Shown here: one piece after another, positions 29,801 to 38,110 of the stretch
Position numbering within the stretch: the first letter of the stretch is position 1
Layout: each line of letters opens with the position of its first letter
NCBI GenBank assembly: GCA_015231405.1
Contig: JADGBR010000001.1
Span: forward strand, 155,964-219,963
Direction of reading: 5' to 3'
Length of the DNA: 64,000 bases
From: Candidatus Omnitrophota bacterium
Lineage (GTDB): Bacteria; Omnitrophota; Gorgyraeia; Tantalellales; Tantalellaceae
Made by a program: the position numbers and the translations under genes
Notes under the pieces: model-generated
The model's input: the letters and a program-made list of their open reading frames with translations, nothing else
Database searches by the model: none
Told to the model about the DNA's origin: nothing

Positions 29801-32800
29801 ATGACATTGCGCGACCTTAAGGCCTTGATCGCCGCTTTCAGTTATTATGTAAAGGCCGGAATGGATAGTAAACCCGCATTCAACGCCGCCTTTGAGCTTG
29901 TGTATCTGGCTCAATTCAGTGACTTGGTCAAAATCCAGATACTAAAGAAGCTTGAAGAAGTATTGGATGGCAACGCGAAAGACAGGATAGACTTCAATGC
30001 CGGACGCTTCGAGGACAAGCCGATGGATATGGCTGGCATGATAAAGAGAGGCCCAATGGCCCAGTCCGAACAAAAAGTTATAAAACAGATAAAAGACCTG
30101 ATCGGGATAAATAAAAATCCGCTTCTTCTACTCGAACCGGGATCAAGGGAAAAAGAGATCATATCCGCTTTTTCCGAAAAAGAAGGATATGAGCTATTCC
30201 ACTGCGATAGCCACCCGGAGATGACCAGTTTGGACCTTATCGGAGGCACGTTCCCGTTCTTTGAGGAAAAGGGCATGGAGGCGGAAAGGTTAAGTGAATT
30301 GCCTGGTTTTATCGGGAGGCATCTTGTCCGGAAAGAAGATATAGATAAACCGGGTGAAAAAAAGCTTCTTGTTATACACAATATTGACGCCCTTCATGAA
30401 AAAGTCAGGACAGTCCTAAATAATTTTCTGCTTAAAGGTTCCATCGATATCCAGGATCAAATGGGAAGGACCAGGACGATGTATCTGCCGAAAAATGTCA
30501 GGATAATGGCGGCCTGCTCGGAAAAGACGGGTGAGGAAATATCCGGGGCGTTCTGGAACAGGTTCCAGAAAATAGATGTGCCGCCGATAAGTTATATGGA
30601 GAACGGTAATTCGGAGCTGCTCGAGCTCCTTTTGTATGATTCGGGCCTGTCGGAATACGGCGCGATGGGGGAAATGGTATCCAGATATATCCAGTATCTG
30701 CACTCTTTCACTGACCGGTTGGACGCGGAGAGCGAGTGGCCTTCGGGGAAAAAGTACGCATTCACGGTAAAAGAGGCTTTGCTTCTCGGGAAATACGTGA
30801 AGATAGCGATAGACGACGCGAAAAAAGACCCAGAGGAAATAGACGTAGCTAAGGCGAAAGAGATGGTCATCAGGGAAGCTTATAACCTGTACGGGGGTAA
30901 GATAAAAGAACATCAAAGCGACCTGGATTTCTTCGAGCAGAACGTTCTTAAGATCATATTCGATCACAGGCTGGTAAAGAATTTATCGGGTACTGTCGTG
31001 AAGGAAAAAGGCGTCGTTACGGAACTGGCCGGGGTTAAATTGCCGCACGGGACAAAAGGTAAAAGGCTTGAGGATATAGATCCCGAATACAGGCTTATTC
31101 TCGTAAAAGAAATAGTCAATACGATGGCTGGCATCGTCAGGGCCTGGAGATCCGGGAAAGTGGTCTCCATGACCGGTGAAACGGGAACCGCGAAAACCAC
31201 GATGGGGGTTTTTCTTTCTCAGCTTATGTTCGGGGAAGAGGCCGGAGAGGACAGCTACTACATATTTTCGACCCACGGCGCGTCGAAAGCAAGAGACCTT
31301 GAATATCAGCTGAGGATGACCGAGGAAGGCAAGTACCGGCTGGAAATACAGGAATTCATTAAGAAGATAGAGGAAGGGAATAAGGTCATCATAATCGACG
31401 AGGCGAACATGAGGCCGGAGATGCTCTGGGCAATTAACGCCATAGCGAGGGGCGAGAAGGAGATAACGCTTCAGATCCCGGGCGAAAAACAATACAAGGT
31501 AAGGGTAGGCGACAACGTCAATATCATAATGACTATGAACCCCACAAGCTATAAAGACAGGAAAGATGTTCCCGGGATACTTAAGGAGAATGTCGTGAAC
31601 CTGTGGTCCAGCCTCAATTACTCGGAAGCCGAGATGGACATGATACTTAAGGGGATGATGGGAGCGATGGAGCGAAAACTGCTGGGTAAGAAAGGGAAAG
31701 TGTCACAGGAAGCGGAAACAAGCGAGGAGGATAAGGCAATCCCGGCAAAAGACGGCGTTTTTGAGGATTTCAGGGGGTCGATCGATCTTGAGAAATTCCT
31801 GGAAAGGGTATACGAGTTCGGACATGACGAGGCTCTCGAAAAAACGCCGCAGGAAGTGATCTCAAATTTGGAAAAAGAACTGCTTGAAAGAGATGACGTC
31901 AAGAAGCGCATGGCGAGGATCGAAACGACGGTCAAGAACCTTACACGGGGCATATCTGTCGAATATTCAACATATTATCCGTGGGGGCAGTCGAACGAGG
32001 CTGGGAAGTTACTTATTCCTCTCGATCAGCTGGTCAATCCTCTTCTTACGGACGACATGATAATCTCCTTCATAATGCACGAAATAAGGCATTGGAGATA
32101 TTCGCCGACCCCTAAAGATATTATGGGGGATATCGCGGAGGATCTTGTGAAAACTATCCCTAAAGCGAGGGAGATCCTGTCTTCGAGCGATTTTAATTAT
32201 TATTGGAATGTCCTTGAAGATCACAGGATAAACGCGGTGCGAACTCGTTTTGACGGCGAGAATTCATATATAGATACCTTTATAGGAACGAACTTTACTG
32301 ATCCCGAACAATCTCTAAAAATACAGGAAAAGCTGGAGACTTTCATAGATGGAGGAGAATACATAAGGGCTTTCTGGGAATATATACTATACTACGGATA
32401 TGCGCGGGAACATACACCCGGATTTCCAAGGTATCCGAAGGCCTTAAGGGACGCGATCAATAAAATAACGGACGGCGGGGATAATTCGGTCTTGTACAGA
32501 GCGGTATTGTCGGGCGATGTCCATCCGGACTACGATGCGCTGGTAATTGATAAGAACGCCCCTGAGAACAGGGCGAAGATGATAAAAGCCGCCATTAACA
32601 GTTTGAAGGTCATAATAGGCGAAATACATCCGGTATTTCTTGAAGTCGTTGAATATGAAAGAAAAGAGCGGGAGAAAAAGCATAAAGACAAGGATAAAGG
32701 CGAAAAAACGAAAAAAGAGGCGAAAGCACCGAAAGAAGCTAAAGAAGCGAAACAACGGCCCATAGAGGATCTTTCCGAAGGACCTCTTACCCAGGCTCCT

Positions 32801-35800
32801 TTAAGCCCGCCGCCGGGTGCGATGCCAAATAATGATAAGGGTGTTGAGACGCCCGTTGATATGCCTAAGCCCTGGGATGAAAGGCCACAAACGGATATAC
32901 CGTTAACAGGCACCTCCGGTTCCGGAGCTTCCGATGAGAAAGGCCGGGGGGAACAAGGTGAAAGTGCTCCGGGTGACGATATGTCAGGGGAAGAATATCC
33001 TTCGGGAATGGATAAGGGAGCCGGACCGGTGATGCCAGGTTCTGATGCTTTTTCCGGAAAAACCATTAACTATGATCCCGTACAATGGAAAGAGATGACT
33101 AAAGAGGAGCTCGAGAGATTGATAGAGAAAAGTAAAAGGATAAGAGGTGCTACGGAGTTACCGGAGGAATCATCTAATGATTTTCTGGCCGAGATAAGGA
33201 GGATAGTCGAAAATCCGCCTGAAACACCTCATGAGTTTGAAGGGTACAGGAAATTCTACAGGGAATTTGTAGAACAGGTTAAATATTCGCACAATATGGC
33301 TATTACGGATGAATTATTCGAATACTATGGGCATCTCATTAAAAACGCCAAGACACTCCGGGATGTTATCGACCGGCTGCCGGAAGAGATCAAAAAGCTG
33401 ATGGACGAAACACGGGAACTGTTCGAGGAGATCGAGGAGGACATCGAGCAGGAAAACAGCGAAACGGGTATGCAAATCGATATTGAGGCGAAATGGAGCA
33501 GAAAAAAAGAACAATTCATAGAAAATATTATAAAGGATAGGAAAAGATCGGATATAGCTGTAGGGGTTACGCTCGTCCCTGATATGTGGGCGAGCGGGGC
33601 ATATGAAGAGATACTTGCCGTGTTCCTTCAGACTTTCAATAAGCTGGAGAGAAGGAAGGTCGAGTACAGCGTGAGTTTTAGCGATGTCTCATATTCTTTG
33701 CGGGAAGGCATAGCGTTCAACGAAAAGGTAAAGAAAATGGAACAGCTCGAGCAAAGGTACAGAGAAATGCTTCTGTACTTGGCTTTGACCAATCACGGTA
33801 ATAATCAACAGTCTTCAAAGGTGGGTATCGGTAGATTCACGCCGCTTAAGCTGGTCCTAAGCATAATGCAGAAATATTCCGGAGTTAAAAAAACGAATAA
33901 GATCGAGTTTATCGTTACGGATGGGTCGATCGAGGAAACGTCCTGTTATATGTTCTTCCCGTCGGAAACCGGGAAAGGGTATCTGGGGAGCGACGATATC
34001 TTTCTAAGACCGAGCGGCGTTATCGGCCCGTATTACGATATGCCGGGTTGTACCAAAGACCTGGTAATGGAAGCGACAGAGGCGCTCAATTATCTGGCGA
34101 ATTATGAGCATAATTTAAGGATATGGAAGGCGTGCATACAAAGGGCGAAAGATGGCGGCATGACAGACGCGGAATTAAAAAGAAAAGGGCTGACCGAAGA
34201 TGAGTTCCCGGGATTGCACGTACTTAAAAATGATCCGGACCCAAGAAGCATGGGAGCTCGATTGGCGAAGGAATATGGCTTCAGATTCGACCAATGGGGT
34301 TATAACTGGCCCAGCGTGACGGAAAAAGTGAGCATGAGTGACAGGATAAAGGCCATAATAAGAGCCAGCGACCTTGTCACGCGCCTAAGAATGAAAGCCG
34401 GTATAATATTGCCGGCATCCGAGGAATATCTTGAAAGAGCGAGACAGGCTCCGGGCGGGGATAAGGCTAAATTCGGTATGCCTGTTCCGACCCGGAAATT
34501 AGCCGACGCTTTAAGTGACGCGAAGTCGAAAGGGATAGATATTATAGGGGTGGGAACTAAAAAGGAATACAAGGGAGTTCAGCTATTCGATTCATGGATC
34601 TATATCGACGGATATTCACCGCATGTGGTCACTTTCCTCATGCTGGAGCTGTCCAACTATAAAAAGAAACACCCGGGAGATTTTCCGAAAGGTGATCTTT
34701 TTGAGAACTTGCCGGGGTTAAGGGAAAAAGCCGATAAAATGCAAAAAGAGACGGCCAGTGCCGCTAAGATGCCCGGCATGAAAGCTCCCTCGGAAAATAG
34801 CATAGAAATGAACCTTCTTGATCTTGAGAATAACTCTGCGCCGGTACAGCATGAGGAAATACTGATCAAACGAAAGATCGAATTAGGAGGCGACGGGCGC
34901 GAGTTAAAAGTCGCATTCAGGGTGCTTGACGAAAATGTCGCTGACAAAGTCAAGAGTGTAGCTATGAGCCCGAGCAAGGCTTTCTTCGATATTGGCGGAG
35001 ATACCTTTTTTGCCGTGAGGAGAGAAATGCCGGACGGTTCCATAAATATATTTCTGACTAAAAAGTCGATGGCCAGGCTTATCGTCGACGAAAAGGCTCT
35101 CATGGCCCTTGCTATGCACGAAGTTTACGATACCGGCGAGAAGGAAGGGCCCGGTTCGCATAAATGGGCGTGGGATAAAGTCAAAAAGGAGAACCCCGAA
35201 GGTATGAGCTCTCTCCTTAGATTCATGATCGACAATATGGATGAGGCCCAAGTTAAAGCTCTTGCATCCGAATATGAAGAAGACCTTTCGGGAAGAAAAG
35301 CGTCGGGAGAGTGGGGGCCATTCGAGGAAGATATTCACTCATATTGCCTGGGAAGGCTCGATGCGATCAGGACTTCAACGGAAACGGATAAAAATTCGAT
35401 ACTTAAATATGAATTATCAGGAACATCGGAAGGCCGCCTGGAAAAAATAAGGTGTGAGTCCGGCATTGCTCCTGAAACGAATTCAACGGAGAAGGCGAGA
35501 TCCGAGATGCTGGACGTTTACGGTAAACTCCTGTCCGGAGTTTACAAGAATACGCATAATAAGGAGAAATGTTATGATTTCATATTGAGCGCTGTCCCCA
35601 CGGCAAAGGACGATGAAGGGCAACCGGTCGATTACGCCGAAAGCGTCCTATCAGGGCTCATGGGTAAATTAAGGAGCCAGGGAGACGCCGCGGTAGCAAA
35701 AGCTCAGATAGGGAATATAACGTCCAGGTATACGATGGGAGCTTTAGCGGCAAAGAGCATGGTCGAGAGTATTGTCGAGCTTTCAAAAAGCGTTCCCGAT

Positions 35801-36277
35801 GGGAGGATACACTGTTCGATCAGCGCAAAAATACTTAAGGAGCTCGAAGAGCTGAACGCAGGTGAACAATTCATTGTAGGAACTGTAAAAGACTTTTTGA
35901 CGGGACATGTGATGCTCGACATTATAACCGATACCGCTACGACGGAGAAGGAAGAGACCGTATACCCGCTTTCCTTCGCCAAGTGCAAGGCATTAGGCCT
36001 CGCCAGGTTCAACATGGCGCATGTGGGGGCGATGGTGGATAAGAACGACGACCTGTATAAAAGTTCATTAAGGCTTGTAGGCCTCGCGATCGCGTATTTG
36101 ACCAATAACACGGACAACGCGGATAATATCGTCAAATCGCTGGAGGAGGCTTCGGGAAAAGATAAAGAATTCTATAAAAGGGTTTTCGAGCTTGTGCTGC
36201 CCGAAGTGGCTAAAATAAACATAAACGAGATTAACAATATATTTCAGGCCGAAGCGGAGGTATTCGCGTCTCTCTAA
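23843..36277 (+). CDS. giant midasin-like AAA+ protein (4144 aa): signal/anchor peptide, TraB/GumN-like domain, six tandem AAA_5 modules (alternating degenerate/intact), helical HExxH region, acidic/Pro-rich disordered linker, VWA-like segment, ~700 aa unknown
   Basis: Single uninterrupted ORF. Signal-like N-terminus MKKFNTLILLISFTINQMVIPVKA. TraB/GumN motifs (IINITDAHCN about aa 57; MVTGGFHKDNLKGLFEKAGFNYIEV about aa 452). Walker A boxes GPTGSGKT (nt 27578), GPPGGGKT (nt 29168), GETGTAKT (nt 31175), each with an hhhhDE Walker B and a TNP/MNP sensor-1 (AAA_5 hallmark). Three interleaved AAA-like modules lacking Walker A (about nt 26700, 28500, 30120). HEIRH at nt 32078. K/E- then P/G/D/E-rich low-complexity at 32660-33070. 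FIVTDGSIEE (VWA TDG motif) at nt 33907. Confidence 0.85.
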   Translation: MKKFNTLILLISFTINQMVIPVKADVAKLIDPGTFYIPGKIGEIMTLVKGNSGKTIINITDAHCNYSAQDNICKILQYLTSNETPEIVFLEGGSGKYDFSVFDKINDTEIKERIVEILLKEGRLSGAEKYGIGSNNSIRLEGLEEKDLYDKNLGYYRGSLTMKDTVQPYLDKLRGILAKIKKNLYSEEMIKIDDMFDRYESGELNIKDLIVLISGLLAQKSADLLAYKNIVGLAGIVNDEKRIDFERAEKEMENVMDLLTKTLPGNERTKLLEQLTGFKDGDIDKEMFYGYLFKQLRLSSADMSNYENLRKYSEYISGYENIDKGELAREIRRARTDLFEKSFTGDDQKELFALVNYLVAVDKLINAKLVKEEFNDYIKMASRVDLDGVKAFIAKNYPIDGDHLNMSEAQNEYPMIVDLMEKFYKCSFERDVVFLGKIDKYMTVNKMKSAVMVTGGFHKDNLKGLFEKAGFNYIEVMPVIKKTDVANNYFKLLSGERSDLEGFIDTAVSLLPGNSFLALRSVFSEMGISDIKAGNETVLKIAMLEKLLNGEEFTIRTKQGWWIVISPEGVKSVNANVFKSDTGTIGGQKITAEVFRPEARFDANVSEADIVLVDGDELNHIQQELWIDGLGKEMGYKALRDVIDTEPFIDKLYEFGLEEQHVEYLKLNYINTDKLRVWNDKDMRMPVDGHPGAEGVVYLTSHLFNANDTRGAVLAFLHELGGAYKNGELKRTHADNRQLDDAYASGDRDLIKKKAIEIVEFASGGTGMARGEKRDYADKVDMEAAKPVTIEDFETLTSDHQKENVIRELKTIHAEIMSMAEEYKERTGDPKYLTITMREQKRFLKTFESVYYKRIKETGDESLSYAHALNTAKQGYYDIFPESFVREEIGDVNVHDAPLPEELDALHSEVYRKLSRAIDTDFPSLFNCPVDTLGELDDALDIYVRNHSGIGKVEKVVCTPDTDSTQLIGCLLPVDPKDRKGAEKVRFEMGVIYRMVEHARDDPEHTHILRLDQLEALSPKVWVILNQFLLTDEMTVPEADPTKGKAVRKLKRPKNLKIITSINKGLDDSAFYDRFLRKTIDSPSDEVLGAYIMSHYGLPEWAAKDMVSLKNNNEAVNNGQLFIILDYIKGRLSESESKGEKALKDIIDQEVGLYLGNLKPLKPGDGYETKVEFKDDKLMFDGVELAINDGLRAKIKQAVKSQDDIEAIKKAIKETVSISMTRDVARALSAIARNYRYGNKVIQLEGPTGSGKTFLAESLAKMLNIPFYGEPFHASSKQTKLLGSFVPDPTGEFYLDTDTQFLRHIQDGGVIALSELNACEKDGYARFGWLMVPFASGEDTLELNQYPLPGEGGEMFRSVKRHKDSMIIIDTNPSDAYKSRAALPPMLNAYTPKVWVEGKYTMEELKEISADFIESKEVSGDEKGFFTDVLSELHFKVQEELERTDPKLSRGREHIVTMRELTRTSKMIRSENKNKDKGQNYYDAAMLYYGSAFKNEADRELVKGYIKEILSGQGIAVSCLKERDDNYFLRTSILNTKNSTMLSLPAMDNPFDVIQEALGEEKNVEVEKYNANYFTDDFGLLGGYVPNEGSKYNEEMAFRMVDGIILKNIKKALKEKDKTFILAFENFHYLRPKMAVALNSILQDRVYYSIAKEGGVKTKERIEIPDNLKFVSTASNEVEFQMSLAEQSRWVRIFGSGDKSRAPPEERQAKVYADADELRKAYKKDRSQLDPNIHPEPVTDGKGLLVPTKEMMEAESRMVDAMDDDKVILLEGPPGGGKTEYALDIANRLGLKSYLYSAHANSHLRDLIGSYVQDKDGKYVLTAREKDGHFMAPFLECLKNGGVFIIDEGAIGVNAQAIISWLTGIARGDKEIAINEHLGMDEPLRIKRHENFHLVITTNPVEETPDRMKIPIEVLERSERIWVTDDICRKSYDSITEFFYDLYAGNDPKMAEHKKNYTVAALSSLHIKMKEILSAQGFVNDPDRHLMTLRDLKALIAAFSYYVKAGMDSKPAFNAAFELVYLAQFSDLVKIQILKKLEEVLDGNAKDRIDFNAGRFEDKPMDMAGMIKRGPMAQSEQKVIKQIKDLIGINKNPLLLLEPGSREKEIISAFSEKEGYELFHCDSHPEMTSLDLIGGTFPFFEEKGMEAERLSELPGFIGRHLVRKEDIDKPGEKKLLVIHNIDALHEKVRTVLNNFLLKGSIDIQDQMGRTRTMYLPKNVRIMAACSEKTGEEISGAFWNRFQKIDVPPISYMENGNSELLELLLYDSGLSEYGAMGEMVSRYIQYLHSFTDRLDAESEWPSGKKYAFTVKEALLLGKYVKIAIDDAKKDPEEIDVAKAKEMVIREAYNLYGGKIKEHQSDLDFFEQNVLKIIFDHRLVKNLSGTVVKEKGVVTELAGVKLPHGTKGKRLEDIDPEYRLILVKEIVNTMAGIVRAWRSGKVVSMTGETGTAKTTMGVFLSQLMFGEEAGEDSYYIFSTHGASKARDLEYQLRMTEEGKYRLEIQEFIKKIEEGNKVIIIDEANMRPEMLWAINAIARGEKEITLQIPGEKQYKVRVGDNVNIIMTMNPTSYKDRKDVPGILKENVVNLWSSLNYSEAEMDMILKGMMGAMERKLLGKKGKVSQEAETSEEDKAIPAKDGVFEDFRGSIDLEKFLERVYEFGHDEALEKTPQEVISNLEKELLERDDVKKRMARIETTVKNLTRGISVEYSTYYPWGQSNEAGKLLIPLDQLVNPLLTDDMIISFIMHEIRHWRYSPTPKDIMGDIAEDLVKTIPKAREILSSSDFNYYWNVLEDHRINAVRTRFDGENSYIDTFIGTNFTDPEQSLKIQEKLETFIDGGEYIRAFWEYILYYGYAREHTPGFPRYPKALRDAINKITDGGDNSVLYRAVLSGDVHPDYDALVIDKNAPENRAKMIKAAINSLKVIIGEIHPVFLEVVEYERKEREKKHKDKDKGEKTKKEAKAPKEAKEAKQRPIEDLSEGPLTQAPLSPPPGAMPNNDKGVETPVDMPKPWDERPQTDIPLTGTSGSGASDEKGRGEQGESAPGDDMSGEEYPSGMDKGAGPVMPGSDAFSGKTINYDPVQWKEMTKEELERLIEKSKRIRGATELPEESSNDFLAEIRRIVENPPETPHEFEGYRKFYREFVEQVKYSHNMAITDELFEYYGHLIKNAKTLRDVIDRLPEEIKKLMDETRELFEEIEEDIEQENSETGMQIDIEAKWSRKKEQFIENIIKDRKRSDIAVGVTLVPDMWASGAYEEILAVFLQTFNKLERRKVEYSVSFSDVSYSLREGIAFNEKVKKMEQLEQRYREMLLYLALTNHGNNQQSSKVGIGRFTPLKLVLSIMQKYSGVKKTNKIEFIVTDGSIEETSCYMFFPSETGKGYLGSDDIFLRPSGVIGPYYDMPGCTKDLVMEATEALNYLANYEHNLRIWKACIQRAKDGGMTDAELKRKGLTEDEFPGLHVLKNDPDPRSMGARLAKEYGFRFDQWGYNWPSVTEKVSMSDRIKAIIRASDLVTRLRMKAGIILPASEEYLERARQAPGGDKAKFGMPVPTRKLADALSDAKSKGIDIIGVGTKKEYKGVQLFDSWIYIDGYSPHVVTFLMLELSNYKKKHPGDFPKGDLFENLPGLREKADKMQKETASAAKMPGMKAPSENSIEMNLLDLENNSAPVQHEEILIKRKIELGGDGRELKVAFRVLDENVADKVKSVAMSPSKAFFDIGGDTFFAVRREMPDGSINIFLTKKSMARLIVDEKALMALAMHEVYDTGEKEGPGSHKWAWDKVKKENPEGMSSLLRFMIDNMDEAQVKALASEYEEDLSGRKASGEWGPFEEDIHSYCLGRLDAIRTSTETDKNSILKYELSGTSEGRLEKIRCESGIAPETNSTEKARSEMLDVYGKLLSGVYKNTHNKEKCYDFILSAVPTAKDDEGQPVDYAESVLSGLMGKLRSQGDAAVAKAQIGNITSRYTMGALAAKSMVESIVELSKSVPDGRIHCSISAKILKELEELNAGEQFIVGTVKDFLTGHVMLDIITDTATTEKEETVYPLSFAKCKALGLARFNMAHVGAMVDKNDDLYKSSLRLVGLAIAYLTNNTDNADNIVKSLEEASGKDKEFYKRVFELVLPEVAKININEINNIFQAEAEVFASL

Positions 36278-37809
36278 CCCCAGAGGTTGCGGTCCAGGCA
36301 CCTGTATCCTATCGCTTCGGAAACGTTATGCGTGTTGATGACCTCCGAGCCTTCCATGTCGGCTATCGTTCGTGATAATTTCAGTATCTTGTCGTAAGCC
36401 CTGGCCGAAAGACCCATTTCAAGTATTACCGTTTTCAGGATATATTCCGCTTCTTTTGAGAGAACCGAGTGCTTGTCGAGCTCTTTCGGTGACATGTAAG
36501 CGTTGATAGCGAGGTGGCAGCTTTTTTCCGCGAACCGCTCTCGTTGTATAGCCCTCGCCTTAAGCACTCTTTGTTTAACTCGTGAAGTCGTTTCGCCCGA
36601 GCGTTTTCCTGAAAGTTGTTCGTAGTTGAGCCTTGGGACTTCCAGGTGTATATCAATGCGGTCAAGTAATGGGCCGGATATTTTAGACAGATATTTCTGT
36701 ATCTGTCCGGGATTACACCTGCACTCCTTTTTCGGGTCAGTTAGGTTCCCGCACGGGCAGGGGTTCATAGCGGCAATTAGTATGAACCTGGAGGGGTATT
36801 TGATCGAGCGTTCGGCCCGTGATATGGAGATCTCGCCTGATTCAAGGGGTTGTCTTAGCGTTTCGATGACGTCGCGCCTGTATTCCGGAAATTCGTCAAG
36901 GAATAGGACTCCGTTGTGGGCGAGGCTTATCTCCCCGGGGCGTGTATGAACCCCTCCTCCGGCCATGGCGGCATAAGAGATCGTGTGATGCGGGGCCCTA
37001 AAGGGGCGTTCGTCGACGAGGTCCTCATTCTTGAGTTCGCCCGCGATACTGTATATCTTCGTCGTTTCAAGCGACTCTTCATATGAGAGGTCCGGAAGCA
37101 GATAAGGGAACCTTTTCGCTAGCATGCTTTTACCAGAACCCGGCGGGCCAATTAAAAGGATGTTGTGGTTGCCCGAGGCGGCAATCTCAAGCCCTCTTTT
37201 TACGTGTTCCTGTCCTTTAACGTCTGAAAGGTCCCACAAATCTGACGGATTCTTCAGGGATGATATATTTTGGCGGGGTTTGACGGGTTCCATCGGTTCC
37301 GCGCCTGTCACATGCCTGATTATCTCATCAAGGGAACGGGCGCCGAAGATGATCATCCCATCGACATGTGAAGCTTCCCGGGAGTTAGAGACCGGCAGAA
37401 TAAAAGTAGGGAACCGGTTTTTTAGGGATATTGCCAGCGGAAGAGCGCCTTTAAAGGAACAAAGTTTACCCGTGAGCGACAGTTCCCCGCAAAAAAGGAT
37501 GTTATCCATTAGAGTCCCGTCGATCTGTTCCGAAGCGGCCAGTATTCCCAGAGCTATTGGGAGATCGAAACCGGAGCCTTCTTTTTTCATTCCTGCAGGA
37601 GCAAGATTGATAGTTATTTTTTTAGCCGGAAAAGAAAAACCCGAATTTCTGATAGCGGATCTTATCCTGGCGCGGCTTTCCTTAATAGAGCTGTCAGGGA
37701 GCCCAATTATTGAAAAGGAGGGAAGCCCCGAAGCCGTTACATCCGTTTCGACTGTTACCTGCTGTGATTCCATTCCTATCATGCAACCCGAATTGACTTT
37801 AGATATCAT
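36274..37809 (-). CDS. comM: Mg-chelatase-like AAA+ ATPase ComM/YifB family
   Basis: N-terminal Lon-protease-like/ChlI domain (GLPDSSIKESRARIRSAI, GSGFDLPIALGILAAS). AAA+ with Walker A GPPGSGKS. C-terminal Mg_chelatase_C. Convergent 4-bp overlap with the giant gene. Confidence 0.85.
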   Translation of the reverse strand: MISKVNSGCMIGMESQQVTVETDVTASGLPSFSIIGLPDSSIKESRARIRSAIRNSGFSFPAKKITINLAPAGMKKEGSGFDLPIALGILAASEQIDGTLMDNILFCGELSLTGKLCSFKGALPLAISLKNRFPTFILPVSNSREASHVDGMIIFGARSLDEIIRHVTGAEPMEPVKPRQNISSLKNPSDLWDLSDVKGQEHVKRGLEIAASGNHNILLIGPPGSGKSMLAKRFPYLLPDLSYEESLETTKIYSIAGELKNEDLVDERPFRAPHHTISYAAMAGGGVHTRPGEISLAHNGVLFLDEFPEYRRDVIETLRQPLESGEISISRAERSIKYPSRFILIAAMNPCPCGNLTDPKKECRCNPGQIQKYLSKISGPLLDRIDIHLEVPRLNYEQLSGKRSGETTSRVKQRVLKARAIQRERFAEKSCHLAINAYMSPKELDKHSVLSKEAEYILKTVILEMGLSARAYDKILKLSRTIADMEGSEVINTHNVSEAIGYRCLDRNLWG

Positions 37810-37935
37810 TATAGCCTCCTTATTTTTAGCTTTAAGCTTTCAGCCTTAAGTCTTCAGCTTGAATGTTTGTTAAGAAGCTGACAGCTGATAGCTGATAGCC
37901 CTATATTAGAGACACAGTTTTCAGCGAAAATGTTT

Positions 37936-38060
37936 CAAAAAAAATGAAAAAATCTTTAATATTGAAGAAATGAGGCCGGTGTGCGAAAATTACGAACGAG
38001 TTGGAATTTATTGTTTTCAAGCTTAATTTGGGTAAAAGGGTCTTGTATGTCAAAAGGGAA
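37936..38060 (+). repeat. degenerate duplicate of the upstream/5' segment of gene 40925 (copy A)
   Basis: 37936-37998 is about 90% identical to 40852-40913. A weaker, indel-containing match continues into 41040 (ttggatctatgttttcatattgg versus ttggaatttattgttttcaagcttaatttgg; tgtggatatcaaaaagga versus tgtatgtcaaaaggga). Confidence 0.6.
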
Positions 38061-38110
38061 TTTATCAGTCCTGGTCTTAATTATCCGAAAGCTGGGGGCG
38101 TAATAGAAAA

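Noticed and set aside
37815-37890. AGCTTT/AGCTGA low-complexity stretch upstream of comM (minus strand)
   Set aside because: Only short (7-bp) complementary segments; no convincing hairpin or promoter consensus. It was considered a third member of the palindromic repeat family but its motif differs.
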